Below are positions 1 through 12,403 of a DNA stretch of 64,000 nt, piece by piece. This DNA is from Squalus acanthias (Eukaryota): positions 153,390,001 to 153,454,000 of the forward strand of contig CM059431.1 in the NCBI GenBank assembly GCA_030390025.1, given 5' to 3'. Both the position numbers and the translations under genes were made by a program. The notes under the pieces are model-generated. The model ran no database searches and was not told where the DNA came from. It worked only from the letters and a program-made list of their open reading frames with translations. Within the stretch, counting starts at the first letter, position 1. Every line of letters begins with the position of its first letter.

Positions 1-730
1 GCCCTTTTAAAGAGGGAGTCTCACCATCAGAGACCCCTTTTAAAGAGAGAGAATCTCCCCATTAGGGATCACTTTCAAAGATGGAGTCTCACCGACAGAG
101 ACCCTTTTAAAGAGGGTGTGTCATCATCAGGGTCTCCATTTAAAGAGTGAGACTCACCATCAGGGACCCCTTGTAAAGAGGGAGTCTTTATATCAGGGAC
201 ACCTTTTAATGAGGGAGTCTCAGCATCAGGGACCCTTTTAAGGGGGAATCTTTCTCTCAGGGAGCCCTTGAAAGATGGATTATTTCTATCAGGGAGCTAC
301 TTTAATTTGAGCCTTACCATCAGGGATCCCTTTTAAAGAGGGAGTCTCACAATCAGAGACCGTTTTAAAGAGGGAGTCTTTCTCTCAGGGAGGCATTTTA
401 AAGAGGGAGTCTCACCATCAGGGCCCACTTTTAAAGAGAGAGAATCTCCCCATTAGGGATCCCTTTCAAAGAGGGAGTCTCACCGGCAGAGACCCTTTTC
501 AAGAGAGTGAGTCATCATCGGGGTCTCCTTTTAAATAGTGAGACTCACCATCAGGGACCCCTTGTAAAGCGGGAGTCTTTCTATCAGGGACCCCTTTTAA
601 AGAGGGAGTCTCAGAATCAGGGACCCCTTTTAAAGAGAGAATATCCCCATTAGGGATCCCTTTTAAAGACAATGTCGCAGCATCTTTGACACAATTTAAA
701 GTGGGTGGATCACCCTCAGGTACTCATTAT
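1..730 (+). repeat. 33-bp tandem satellite, plus orientation
   Basis: Diverged tandem copies of ATCAGGGACCCCTTTTAAAGAGGGAGTCTCACC, with a variant ending TCTTTCT. A block of about 390 bp is internally duplicated (about 1-270 vs 394-660). Confidence 0.95.
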
Positions 731-734
731 AACT

Positions 735-1977
735 TTATTATTCTCAAAACTTAACTTCGTTACATTTCCACACTTCTACTTATTTCTTAATCCATAATAT
801 CCACCAAAATCAAATACCTTGATTACCCGAGACTCAAAAGTTGTAAACTTACAGAGAATGTCTGTGAAGTTGAGAAACGCTTGTCTTCCCAGTGACTTTT
901 GACTTTTCTGTTTGAAAAGATCTATTTTTATATCTTTTTTGGGTGGTTTATCCTTTGCAGTTGTCCTGATGATGTAAGCTTAATTGTATTAAGTTATGTC
1001 TTTGGTGACTTTGTTCTATTCTTTATTGATATCTCTGTTGAATGCTTTCTGTCTTTACTCTCAATTTAGATATTGCATGCATAATTATGTCTGTACCTTA
1101 AAGGTTTCAAAAACCGTCATATAAACAAGAACAGCAATGGTTTCTCTTTGACGCAATTCTTATCAAAGTCTTTCTACTGATTTTCTAATACTACTTTAAC
1201 TGGTTATTATCAGGCGTTGTGCCTCCGTGGTATTCCATTTTCAATACAAGATCAATGTGATTGCTTGGTGTATCCATTGAAGTACTATTTTCAAAGTCGT
1301 CATGTTTGTGTACCGTTTACAACTTGTAAATTAAAACCACTTTATCTAGGGTGTTCCATACATTTCTTATTTACATCAATTGTTTTTTATCAGACAATGT
1401 GACTCCATCCTCAAGCTTAGCATTAAAACTATTTGTTCAGCAGGCGTTTCTTTTACTTGATGTCATTTCTTCAAATCCTTCTGTATGTATTATATTTACA
1501 ATATTTAAATTGAAAACACTTTAACTCAGTGTTTACTTGTTTTCTCGCGATGTGAATTGGTTGCATATTTAATCGTGTTTCCTGTTTCTAAGTTTAACAT
1601 AAAACTATTTTACGACAGGTATTTCTTACTTGATGTCATTTTTTCAAATGCACTTGTTTTTTTTAATGTCTGTGCACCTGTTCGAAGTCTTAGATTATAA
1701 CACTTTACTTGTTTTTCTCCCAAACTCAAGACATAGAGGAACCTCCCAATGGTTTGCTTCAATAGGGCATTGCCTTTGTCTCTATCCCATTCCCATATCA
1801 AAGTTTGTGTTTACAGCTTTGTGTTAACAAACCATCTTATCTCATAAGCCTGTATTCTGTTTGCAGCCTGTGTCTGCTAAGGCTTATGAATTTAAACCCA
1901 GTATGTCATTTATTAATAATTTCAGAAATCTGTTTTTATTATCGTATATTATTCTGAATCCTGGCTATTACGTCACA
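735..1977 (-). mobile_element. Foamy-like ERV LTR, long-U3 subfamily, U5 end missing
   Basis: Colinear with about 45440-46777. The sense strand begins TGTGACGTAATAGCCAGG (compare TGTGAAGGAATATCCAGG). The right flank is AGAATCTT followed by satellite. The left end is truncated and its boundary is approximate. Confidence 0.85.
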
Positions 1978-4900
1978 AGAATCTTACCATCAGGGACCTC
2001 TTTTAAAGAGTGAGAATCACCATCAGGGTTTCCTTGTAAAGAGCGAGTTATTCTATCAGGGTGTGCTTTAAAGAGGGAGACTCACCTTCAGAGACACTTT
2101 TAAAGAGGGAGTCTAACCATCAGGGACCTCTTATTTAGAGGGAGCCTCAGCATCAGGGACCCCTTTTAAACGAGAGAGACTCCCCATTAGGGAAACCTAT
2201 TAAAGAGTGGGTCTCATCATTAGGGACCCATATTAAAGAGGTTGTCTCACCATTAGGAACCCTATTAAAGAGGGAGTCTCACCATCAGGGAACCCTTTAA
2301 AAGAGGGAATCTTACCATCAGGGGCCCCTATTAAAGAGAGAGTCTTTCTATCAGGGACCACTTTTAAAGATGGAATCTTTCTAAAATGGAGCTCTTTTAA
2401 AGAATGTCTTACCATCAGCGATCCCTTTTAAAGAGGGTGTCTTTCAATCAGGAAACCCTTTTAAAGAGAGTCTTACCATCAGGGACCCCTTTTATAGAGG
2501 GAGTCTCACACTCGGGGACCCGTTTTAAAGAGGGAGTCTCACAATCAGGGTCCCCTTTTAACGAGTGAATCTCACCATCAGAGACCCTTTTAAAGAGGGA
2601 TTATTTCTTTCAATGACGCCTTTTAAAGTGAGAGTCTCCCAATAGGTACCTCTTTTAAAGAGGCTCACCATGAGGGAGCACTTTAAAAGAGAGAATCTCA
2701 CCATCAGATACGCTTTTAAAGAAGGAGTCTTTGTAGCAGGGAGACATGTTAAAGGGAGAGTCTCAAACCCAGGGACCCCTTTTAAAGCGGGAGTCTCATC
2801 ATCAGGGACACCTTTTACAAAGATAATCTCACAATCAGAGATACATTTAAAGAGGGAGTCTTTCTTTCAAGGATCCCTTTTAAAGTGAGAGTCTCCCCAT
2901 TAGGGACACCTTTTAAAGAGGCTCACCATCAGGGATCACATTTAAAAAGGGTGGTTAAGCATCAGAGTCCACTTTTACAGAAGGAGACTCACCGCCAGAG
3001 AACCTTTTAAAGAGGGAGGCTTTCTATTAGGGGCCCCTTCTAAAGAGGTTGTTTCCCCATCAGGGACCCATTTTAAAGATGGAGTCTTTCTATCAGCGAC
3101 CCCTTTTAAAGTGGGCGTCTTTCTATCATGGTACCAATTGAGAGAGAGTCTCCATATTAGGGACACCTTTTAAAGCGGCAGTCTCACCATCAGGGACACC
3201 TTTTAAAGAGGGTGTTTCAGCATCAGGGACTCGTATTAAAGAGGGAGTCTCACCATATGGGACCCATTTTAAAGAAGAAGTCTCACCATCAGAAATCCCT
3301 TTTAAAGATGGAGTCTCATCATCAGGGATCCCTTTTAAACGAGAGAGTCTCCCCATTAGGGATCCCTTTTAATGAGGTAGTCTCACCATCACTGTCCTCT
3401 TTTAAAGAGAGGGTCTCACCATCAGGGACCTCTTTTAAAGAGGGGTATCCCCTTCAGGAACCCTTTTTAATGAGAGAGTCTCTCCACGAGGGATCCATTT
3501 AAAGAGGGTGTCTCACCATCAGGGACCCCTTTTAAAGAGGGAATCTCACCATCAGGGACCCATTTTAAAGAGAGAGTCTTTCTATGAAGGACCCCTTTTA
3601 AAGAGGGCGTCTTTCTATCAGGAACACCAAAAAGAGATAGTCTCCCTCTTAGCGACACTTTAAAGATGCAGTTTCACCATCCGGGACCCGTATTGAAGAG
3701 GATGTTTCAGCATCGGGGACTCCGATTAAAGAGGGAATCTCAACATCAGGGAGCCCTGTAAAAGTGAGTCTTACCATCAGGGACCACGTTTAAAGAAGGA
3801 GTCTCACCATCAGGGAACCCTTTTAAAGAGGCAGTCTCCCGATCAGGGAGGCCTTTTAAAGAGAGAGTTTCGACATCAGGCCCCTATTCAAAGAGAGAGT
3901 TTCGCCATCAGGGACCCATTTAAAGAGAGAGTTTCGCCATCCGGGAACCCTTTTAAAGAGGGAGCCTTTTTATCGGAGTCCTTTTAAAGAGGGAGTCTCA
4001 CCAACAGGGAACCTTTTAAAGAGCGAGTCTTTCTATCAGGGAGTCCTTTTAAAGTGAGTCTTAACATCAGGGACCCGTTTTCAAGAGGGTGTCTCACTAT
4101 CAGGGACCCCTTTTCAAGAGTGAGTGTTTCTATCACGGATCCCTTTTTAAGAATGCGTCTCATCGTCAGGGACCCTTTTTAATGTGGGACTCTGACCATC
4201 AGGGACCCTTTTTAAACAGGGAGTCTCACCATCAGTGACAACTTTTAAAGGGGAGTCGCAACATCAGTGACCCATTTTAAAGAGAGAGTCTTTCTATCAG
4301 GGATCCTTTTAAAAGGGGAATCTCATCCTGGGGGACTCTTTTTAAAGAGAGAATCTTTATATTAGGATCCCCTTTAAAAGAGAGAGTCTCTTCATTTGGG
4401 AACCCTTTTAAAAAAGCTCACCATCAGAGACCCATTTTAAAGAGGTTGTCTCGCGCTCGTGGACCCATTTTAAAGAGAGAGACTAACTATCAGGGACCCC
4501 TTCAAAAGAGAGCGTCTTTCTATCAGGTACCCCTTTTAAAGAGAGATTCCCCCCAATAGGGACCACTTTTAAAAAGGCTCATTATCAGCGTCCAATTTTA
4601 ATGAGGGTGTTTCAGCATAAGGGACCCTTTTTAAAGTTGGAGTCTCACTATCAGGGTCTTATTTTAAAGAGGGAGTCTCACCATCAGGGGTCACTTTTAA
4701 GACGGAGTCTCACCATAAGGACTCCTCATAAAGAGTGAGTCTCTCCATCAGGTATCCTTTTTAAAGAGGGAGTCTTTCTATCAGGGAGCCATTTAAAAGT
4801 GAGTCTTACCTTCAGGGACCCCTTTTAAAGAGGGAGTCTTTCTATCAGGGAGCCCTTCTAAAGTGAGTCTTACATCAGGGACCCCTTTTAAAGAGTGAGT

Positions 4901-6612
4901 CTCAACATCAGAGATCCCTTTTAAACAGGTAGAGTCTACATCATGGACTTCTATTAAAGTGGGAGTCTCACCATCATGGATCCCTTTTAAAGAGAGAATC
5001 TCACCATCAGGGAACCCTTAAATAGAGGGAGTCTCAGCATCAGAGAAACTTTTAAAATGGGGGTCTTTCCATCAGGCATCACTTTTAATGAGAGCCTTAC
5101 AATCAGGGATCCCTTTTAAAGAGGGGGCCTTTCTATCAGGGACCACTTTTAAAGAGGGAGTCTCTCCATCAGGGATCCCTTTTAAAGAGAGAGTCTCACC
5201 AACAGGGACCTCGTTTAAAGAGGGAGTATCACCGTCAGGGACCCCTTTTAATTTAAGAGTCTCAAAATCAGGCATCACTTTTAAAGAGGGAGTCTTTATA
5301 TCAGGGAGACAATTTAAAGAGGGAGAGTCACCATCAGAGACACTTTTAAACTTTTAAAGAGAGAGACTTTCATTCAAGGATCTCTTTTAAAGATTGAATC
5401 TTTATATCAAGGAACCCTTTCAAAGAGCATCTTCCTGTTAGATTCACATTTTAAAGATAGAGTCTCAAAATCAGGGACCCCTTTTAAAGAGGGAGTGGCT
5501 CCATCAGGGACACATTTCAAAGAGGGTTTTTCCCAATTGCCGAACCCATTTAAAGATAGAATCTCACCATCAGGGGCCCATTTTAAAGAGGGAGTATCCA
5601 CGTTAGGGGATTCCTGTAAAAGAGAGAGTGTCTCCACCAGGGACCCCTTTTAAAGAGGGAGAATACTATCATAGCCTCCTATTAAATATGGAGTATCACC
5701 CAATAGGGACCCCTTTTAAATAGGATGTCTCACCATCAGGGACGCCTTTTAAAGAGGGAGTCTCACCATCAGTTTTTCGTTTTAATGAGAGAATTTCCAC
5801 ATAAGTGGTCCCTTTTAAAGAGGTAGTCTCACCATCAGGGATCCCTTTTAAAGAGAGATTCTCAACATCAGGGGCGCCTTTTAAATAGGGAGTCACACCA
5901 TAAGGGTCCTTTTTAAAGAGGATTTCTCACCATTAGGGTTCCCTTTTAAAGAGAGTGTCTCAGGGGCCCTTTTTAAAGAGGCAACCTCACCATCAGGGAC
6001 CCAGTTTAAAGAGGGATTCTCACCATCAGGGACCCTTTTTAAAGAGAGAGTATTTATATCAAAGATCCCTTTTAAAGAGAGTCTGCCAATTAGGGACCTA
6101 TTTTAAAGAGTGTTTCAGCATCAGGGTCTCCTATTCAAGAGAGAGTCTCACCATCAGGGAACGCTTTTAAAGAGAAAGTCTTTCTATCAAGGACACCATT
6201 TAAAGATGGAGACTTTCTATCAGGGACCCCTTTTAAAGAGAATCTTCCTAAAGGAACACCTTTTAAAGAGACTCACCATCAGTGACCCATTTGAAAGAGG
6301 GTGTCTGCACATCAGGGACACATTTTAAAGAGGGTGTTTCTCCATCAGGATAACATTTTCTAGAGGGTGTCTCACCATCAGGGTACACTTTTAAATAGGG
6401 TGTCTCAGCAACAGAGACCCCTTTTAAAGAGGGAGTCTCACCAGAAGGGACCCCATTAAAGAGGTAGTCTGAAAACAGCGACCCATTTTAACGAGATAAT
6501 CTCCCCCTTAGTATCCCTTTTAAAGAGGAAGTCGCACCATCAGAGAGTCTCCCCATTCGGGACCGCATTTGAAGAGGGAGTCTCACCATCAGGGACCACT
6601 TTTAAAGAATAA
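1978..6612 (+). repeat. 33-bp tandem satellite, plus orientation
   Basis: Same unit; it gives spurious 11-aa periodic ORFs (SGTPFKEGVSP / PDGETPSLKGV). Confidence 0.95.
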
Positions 6613-8090
6613 GGGGTAGAAATTAGGTCGCGCCCCATTTGGGGCGCAAATATCGTCTGGACGCAAATATTAGCGCCCGGCGCTAATTATCGGCACTGAC
6701 AGGAAACTTCACTTTTACCGCCCCGGGAGGTGAGTGGAGCGCTAAAGCAGGCGCTGCACACCTGTCTTAAGGCGCAAAGGCCAAGGAGTGAGGCGCTAAC
6801 TCAGCGCGCGAGCGCAGCGCAGCTGCTGCCAGTTAGCGAGGGAACACAGACACACTGGCGCCGGACACTTCTTAAAGCGGGGGGGGGGGGCACTTGCTCC
6901 CCAGCCACACCCTGCTCATTGCAGCCTTGAATCTCAGCCTGGAGAGACCTGTGAATCCATTTTGCTGCGAGTATCAGCTGTCTGTGGTCACAGACCAATT
7001 GGACATTCAAGGAATGGAACCCCTTTCTGTTCCTGAATTCCTCTGCATTCTCACGCGGAGCACACAAAGCCACATGCGTGCAGTCAATGGCGCCCTGCAC
7101 CATGGGGAAGCCCGCTACCCTCGCAAAGCCCAGAGCGCGGTCACGCTGCTTGTCTGGGGTCATAGGGAAAGAGATGAACTCTCGTCACCTTCTGAAGAGG
7201 GCATTTGTGACCTGCCGGATGCAGCGATGCACCACGAACTGGGAGATATTGGCGAGGTCCCCAACAGCAGCTTGGAATGAGCCAGTGGGGTAGAAGTTCA
7301 AAGCCACTGTGAGCTTCACTGCCACCGACAGAGACGTCCTGGACCTCAGTTAAGGCTGCAGATCTGGCTGCAGCAGGTGGCAGAGCTCAGTGACCACCTC
7401 CTTGCTGAATCGCAGCCTTCGCAAACACAGCTCCTCGGACATATGGATGTAGGAGAGCAGTTCACGAAATACCCTGGGAGGGTAAGCTCTCCTGTACATG
7501 CGCCTGATGGCCCTCCTCCGTCTGGCCATCATTGCCACTCTCTCTCTGCGTCTGTGTATCCTCCGATTCAGCTGGAGCAGGACGATGCCCCCAATCAGTG
7601 CAGCCCCCATATTCTCTTTGCCAGAAAAGTAATGAGGGACAGCAACTAAAGTAGCAACAAAGCGTTGAGTCAATGTAGAAGTCTCTCTCTCTCTCTCTCC
7701 GAATCTCTCTCTCTCTCTCAGAACGAGTGGTGCATAAATGTCGACCACAGAAAAAGACAGGAAGAGGGTCCCTTTAAATAGCGCCCCCCCCCAGCCCCAC
7801 AGCGATTGATAGCGTTCCAGTCTTCCGGTCGTTGGAAGCGCCAGGCGGTAAGGCAGGGGGCGCCACTCAATTTCCGCTCCGGGGCGCCCCAAGGGCGTTG
7901 CACCATGGAATGACGTCATAATCTGCGCGCGCAGGTGGTCGCAGCGGTAAGTTTTAGAGCCGCCGCACAATCTCAAGTTAAGTTCTCGAGCGGCGCAAAC
8001 ATCGCTGCGCCCGGGCGTTAGCGGCTTTGCGCCCCATTAGCGCCCTCTTAAGGCGCTAACGGGAGGCGCAACCAACTGAATTTTTACCCC
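6613..8090 (-). mobile_element. PIF/Harbinger transposon A, internally deleted (1.48 kb)
   Basis: Starts GGGGTAGAAAT after TAA and ends ATTTTTACCCC at 8090. The Myb-side end is joined at about 6969 to the antisense 5' half of the transposase (GAIDCTHV...[15 protein letters not shown]). About 2.8 kb is missing relative to copy B. Confidence 0.9.
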
Positions 8091-8591
8091 AGTTGGTTGC
8101 GCCTCCCGTTAGCGCCTTAAGAGGGCGCTAATGGGGCGTTAAGGCGCTAACGCCCGGGCGCAGCGCTGTTTGCGCCGCTCGAGAACTTAACTTGAGATTG
8201 TGCGGCGGCGCTAAAACTTACCGCTGCGACCACCTGCGCGCGCAGATTGTGACGTCATTCCGTGGTGCAACGCCCTTGGGGCGCCCCGGAGCGGAAATTG
8301 AGTGGCGCCCCCTGCCTTACCGCCTGGCGCTTCCAACGACCGGAAGACTGGAACGTTATCAATCGGTGTGGGGCTGGGGGGGGCGCTATTTAAAGGGGGC
8401 CTCTTCCTGTCTTTTTCTGTGGTCGACATTTATGCACCACTCGTTCTGAGAGAGAGAGAGAGATTTGGAGAGAGAGAGAGAGAGAGACTTCTACATTGAC
8501 TCAACGCTTTGTGAGGTAGTTTTGCCTAGTTCATCCTAACTTTGCTGCTACTTTAGTTGCTGTACCTCATTACTTTTCTGGCAAAGAGAAT

Positions 8592-9751
8592 ATGGGGGCT
8601 GCAATGATTGGGGGCGTCGTCCTGCTCCAGCTCAATCGGAGGATAGTGAGACGCAGACAGAGAGTGGCAATGATGGCCAGACGGAGGAGGGCCATCAGGC
8701 GCATGTACAGGAGAGCTTACCATCCCAGGGTATATCGTGAACAGCTCTCCTACATCCACATGTCCGAGGAGCTGTGTTTGCGAAGGCTGCGATTCAGCAA
8801 GGAGGTGGTCACTGAGCTCTGCCACCTGCTGCAGCCAGATCTGCAGCCTCAGCTGAGGTTCAGGACGTCTCTGTCGGTGGCAGTGAAGGTCACAGTGGCT
8901 TTGAACTTCTACGCCACTGGCTCATTCCAAGCTGCTGTTGGGGACCTCGCCAATATCTCCCAGTTTGCGGTGCATCGCTGCATCCGGCAGGTCACCAATG
9001 CCCTCTTCACAAGGAGACGAGACTTCATCTCCTTCCCTATGACCCCAGACAAGCAGCATGACCGTGCTATGGGCTTTGCGAGGGTAGCGGGCTTCCCCAT
9101 GGTGCAGAGCGCCATTGACTGCACGCATGTGGCTTTGCATGCTCCGCAAGAGAATGCAGAGGAGTTCCGGAACAGAAAGGGATCCATTCCTTGAATGTGC
9201 AGTTGGTTTGTGACCACAGACAGGTGATTCTCGCTGTCAATGCCCACTATCCGGGCAGCTGCCACGATGCTTTCATCCTGCGCCAGAGTACTGTGGCAGA
9301 AATTTTCGAGGCACCGCATCAGCCAGTTGGTTGGCTTCTGGGGGACAAGGGGTACACATTGAGCACCTGGCTGATGACACCGCTCCGTGCGCCAAACACC
9401 CCTGCTGAGCTGCGGTACCAGGAAAGCCAACAAGCAACCAGGAACATTATTGAGAGCACAATCGGCGTGCTCAAACAACGATTCCGCTGTCTGGACCATT
9501 CCGGAGGAGCCCTGCAGTACTCGCCTGAGCAAGTTTCGAAATTCGTAGTCGTGTGCTGCATGTTGCACAACATGGCCATCCTCAGGACGCAGCCAATGCC
9601 ACCAGGCCTTGCAGCACCACAAGAGGAGGAGGAGGAAGAGGAGGAACAGGACGAGGACGATGATCAGCAGCAGCACCAAGGCAGGAGGGCGGCCCACAAT
9701 GGTCAAACTGCAAGGGCCGTCCGTCAACGACTAATAGCAAGCCGCTTCTAG
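8592..9751 (+). pseudogene. Harbinger DDE transposase (HARBI1-like nuclease family), one frameshift
   Basis: ORF 8592-9194 (FYATGSFQ...AIDCTHV...NRKG) plus ORF 9191-9751 (NVQLVCD...[10 protein letters not shown]...LLGDKGY...[15 protein letters not shown]...CCMLHNM). There is a 1-bp loss near 9183 relative to copy A, which reads RKGFHSLNVQ. Confidence 0.92.
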
Positions 9752-10794
9752 GGCCCCTGCCATTGCTACAAACACGAATCAACCCAGCACGCAACCCCTA
9801 AGCCGGCCAAGGCACCAATAATTCCAACCACCAGCCATGTATATTTTGAATACAGAAACTTATTTATTGTACAAACTCTGTGTGTGTCAATTCCTCATGA
9901 CAAACTCATAGAAAAAAACACAAAAAAACAGTCAATAACATAACTGGTTCTCACAACCTGGAGATAATGTCCAAAACACTAAACAAAAGTTGGGCCATGA
10001 ACCTCGGCCTTTAATAAAAAAATGACCAGCATTTTGGCACAGCTCCTACTTTTTGCCCTTCGAGGGTGATCTCCTTCCCTTGCGCACTTCCCCCCTGCTA
10101 ACCCTACTGCTCCTCCGTAATGGGACCTCAGTGGCTGCAGCAAGGCTGGTGGAAGGCTGCTGCTCGTCAGACCCTGACACTGCAGATGCCCCTGAAGGAC
10201 GGCCTCGACCACTTCTGGGCCTGGAGGGCCCGGCTGCAGACTGCACCAACTCTGCATGGGCGGCAGCAGTCTGTCCTACAGGCGGTGGCAAGTGCAGTGG
10301 AGAAGTGACAGTGTTGGCAGCAGGAATGCTGTCATCGTGAGAGAGGACAGCAACTCCCTGCTCGCCCGACACACTGGCACTCCCACGGGGCAGCACTTCA
10401 GCATCCGGAGCAATTTGCCGGAGAACAGATTGCTGGCCTGCTGCGGCGCGGTGACAGCCCCGGGGACATGTGCACGGACCATCGAGGATGGCAGCAGTCA
10501 GTGCTCGCGTGGCCTCAATCTGAGACTGCATGAGAGCAGTCTCAGATGGGTTCCTGGCAGCCAGTGACTGAATTGCAGCACTAAGCTTTAGTGTGGCATC
10601 CGCCTGTACTACAGCGAAGTGCTCCACACTCCTTGCCAGTGCCTCAATGCATTCGGGCACCCTTCCCACTGCACCCATGAGCTCAGTGTGTATGCCCACC
10701 GCCTGGCTGTTCATTTCTGCAATCAGCCGCTCCTCCTCTGCGTCCATTGCATTAGGAGTGTCTGGCATACTCTCCCTCTGGGGAGAAGGCTCCC

Positions 10795-11054
10795 GTTCTT
10801 CCCTCCCCCCCCCCATGGCGTTGCTGCAGCCCGCTGGGTCCTGGAGCTTCACCATCATCAGCCCCTTCCCCCCTGCTCCCCCGTTCTTCCCTCCCCCCCC
10901 AATGGCGTTGCTGCAGCCCGCTGGGTCCTGGAGATTCACCATCATCAGCCCCTTCCCCCCTGCTCCCCCGTTCTTCCCTCCCCCCCCAATGGCGTTGCTG
11001 CAGCCCGCTGGGTCCTGGAGCTTCACCATTATCAGCCCCTTCCCCCCTGCTCCC
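10795..11054. repeat. 87-bp tandem repeat x3 in Myb gene exon 3
   Basis: ATGGCGTTGCTGCAGCCCGC recurs at 10815, 10902 and 10989. Confidence 0.92.
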
Positions 11055-11554
11055 ATCCGGGGAAGGCGTGTTCCCAGTGTGGCCATGGGCTTCCTCGGAA
11101 GAGGGTGGCACTGATGCTCCGGCCTCCTCTTCCTCCTCAGCTGCAGCATCACTCCCAGTGGCAGCTTCAGGGACCATCTCCTCAGCTGGTGAATCACCAT
11201 CTGAAAGCAGGGAGGTACAAGAGTGGCTTTAGCGTGAGGACAGGGTGGCAGTAAGGGAGGAATAAGTGCAGCGAGTTAGCAAGTTGGATTGAAAGTGTCA
11301 AAGGCTGGTATTGTGAGGGACAAGTGGAAGGGCAGAGGACAAAAAGGTGATGACCTTACCATTGCTGTCCACAACGGGGTCGGCGGACCCAGTGGCGACG
11401 GGACCGATCACCCGGCTTGCCACAATCCTGTGGACGCGCTCCTCCAGATCGCTGAGGGGTTGCAGCTGAAGCCGCCCTCCACCCGTCCGTTGCTGCTGTC
11501 TCCGATTATGAGCCAGCTTAGCCTGCAGGAAAAAGGACAGCATCTGAGTAAATA

Positions 11555-11665
11555 TACAGCCATGGTCTTGCCTGATGTGCCTCCCATAGGTGAATAGCTC
11601 TTACAATATGCAGCCATGGTCTTGCCTGATGTGCCTCCCATAGGTGAATAGCCCTTACTGTATGC
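11555..11665. repeat. 57-bp tandem repeat x2 in Myb gene intron 1
   Basis: CAGCCATGGTCTTGCCTGATGTGCCTCCCATAGGTGAATAGC occurs twice. The same repeat is at 14385-14517 on the other strand. Confidence 0.85.
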
Positions 11666-12403
11666 AAAGTGTGGAATGTGTGTGTGTGTTTGATGAAAGG
11701 TCCATAGGTGTTGCATGAGTGTTGTGCATTGGGGTTTTAAGACCCTCTGGCCATATAGTGAGGTTGAGATGGAGGGATGGAGAGGTATTGAGAAAAAGCC
11801 ACTCACCCTGACGACCCGAGTGAGGTCGTTGAATTTTTTACGGCACTGAATTTGGGTCCTGGGCACCATGCTCCTGGAGGAGACGCTCTGAGCCACCTCC
11901 CTCCACACTCTTCTGAACTCGCGTGGCAAAGGCCTCCTGCCACTCTCCGGGAACAGCATGCATCGTCTGCGCTCCACTGCGCCAACCAGAGCATCCAAGG
12001 CCCGCTCGGTGAAGCGATGAGCGCGTTCTCTCACCCTCTCCATGCTTGGCAGCAAAATGGATTACAGGTCTCTCCAGGCTGAGATTCAAGGCTGCAATGA
12101 GCAGGGTGTGGCTGGGGAGCAAGTGCCCCCCCCCCCCGCTTTAAGAAGTGTCCGGCGCCAGTGTGTCTGTGTTCCCTCGCTAACTGGCAGCAGCTGCGCT
12201 GCGCTCGTGCGCTGAGTTAGCGCCTCACTCCTAGGCCTTTGCGCCTTAAGAGAGGTGTGCAGCGCCTAATTTAGCGCTCCACTCACCTCCCGGGGCGGTA
12301 AAAGTGAAGTTTCCTGTCAGTGCCGATAATTAGCGCCATGCGCTAATATTTGCACGCGGACGATATTTGCGCCCCAAATGGGGCGCGACCTCATTTCTAC
12401 CCC

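Larger units (their letters stand above)
10046..12043 (-). pseudogene. Harbinger Myb/SANT-like DNA-binding protein, 3 predicted exons (12043-11807, 11522-11360, 11200-10046)
   Basis: MERVRERAHRFTERALDALV...WREVAQSV...RTQIQCRKKFNDL, then AKLAHNRRQQQRTGGG. GT/AG sites: GG|GTGAGT, CTGCAG|GC, TG|GTAAGG, TTTCAG|AT. The exon-3 frame stops at 10752 and a likely C-terminal part lies in another frame, implying a frameshift near the C-run at about 10805-10814. Confidence 0.8.
8091..12403 (+). mobile_element. PIF/Harbinger transposon B, near full length, two convergent genes
   Basis: The right TIR ATTTCTACCCC ends at 12403. The left end lacks its terminal 13 nt and abuts copy A head-to-head. It encodes a DDE transposase (+) and a Myb/SANT-like protein (-). 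Confidence 0.93.

Noticed and set aside
8592..9751. Domesticated host HARBI1 gene
   Set aside because: It lies within transposon ends, is paired with a Myb gene, is frameshifted and has related copies nearby. It is a transposon, so no symbol was assigned.
8909..11254. Long antisense or alternative-frame ORFs in Harbinger B (272, 211, 173 aa)
   Set aside because: They are GC-rich shadows of the transposase and Myb genes with no recognisable motifs.
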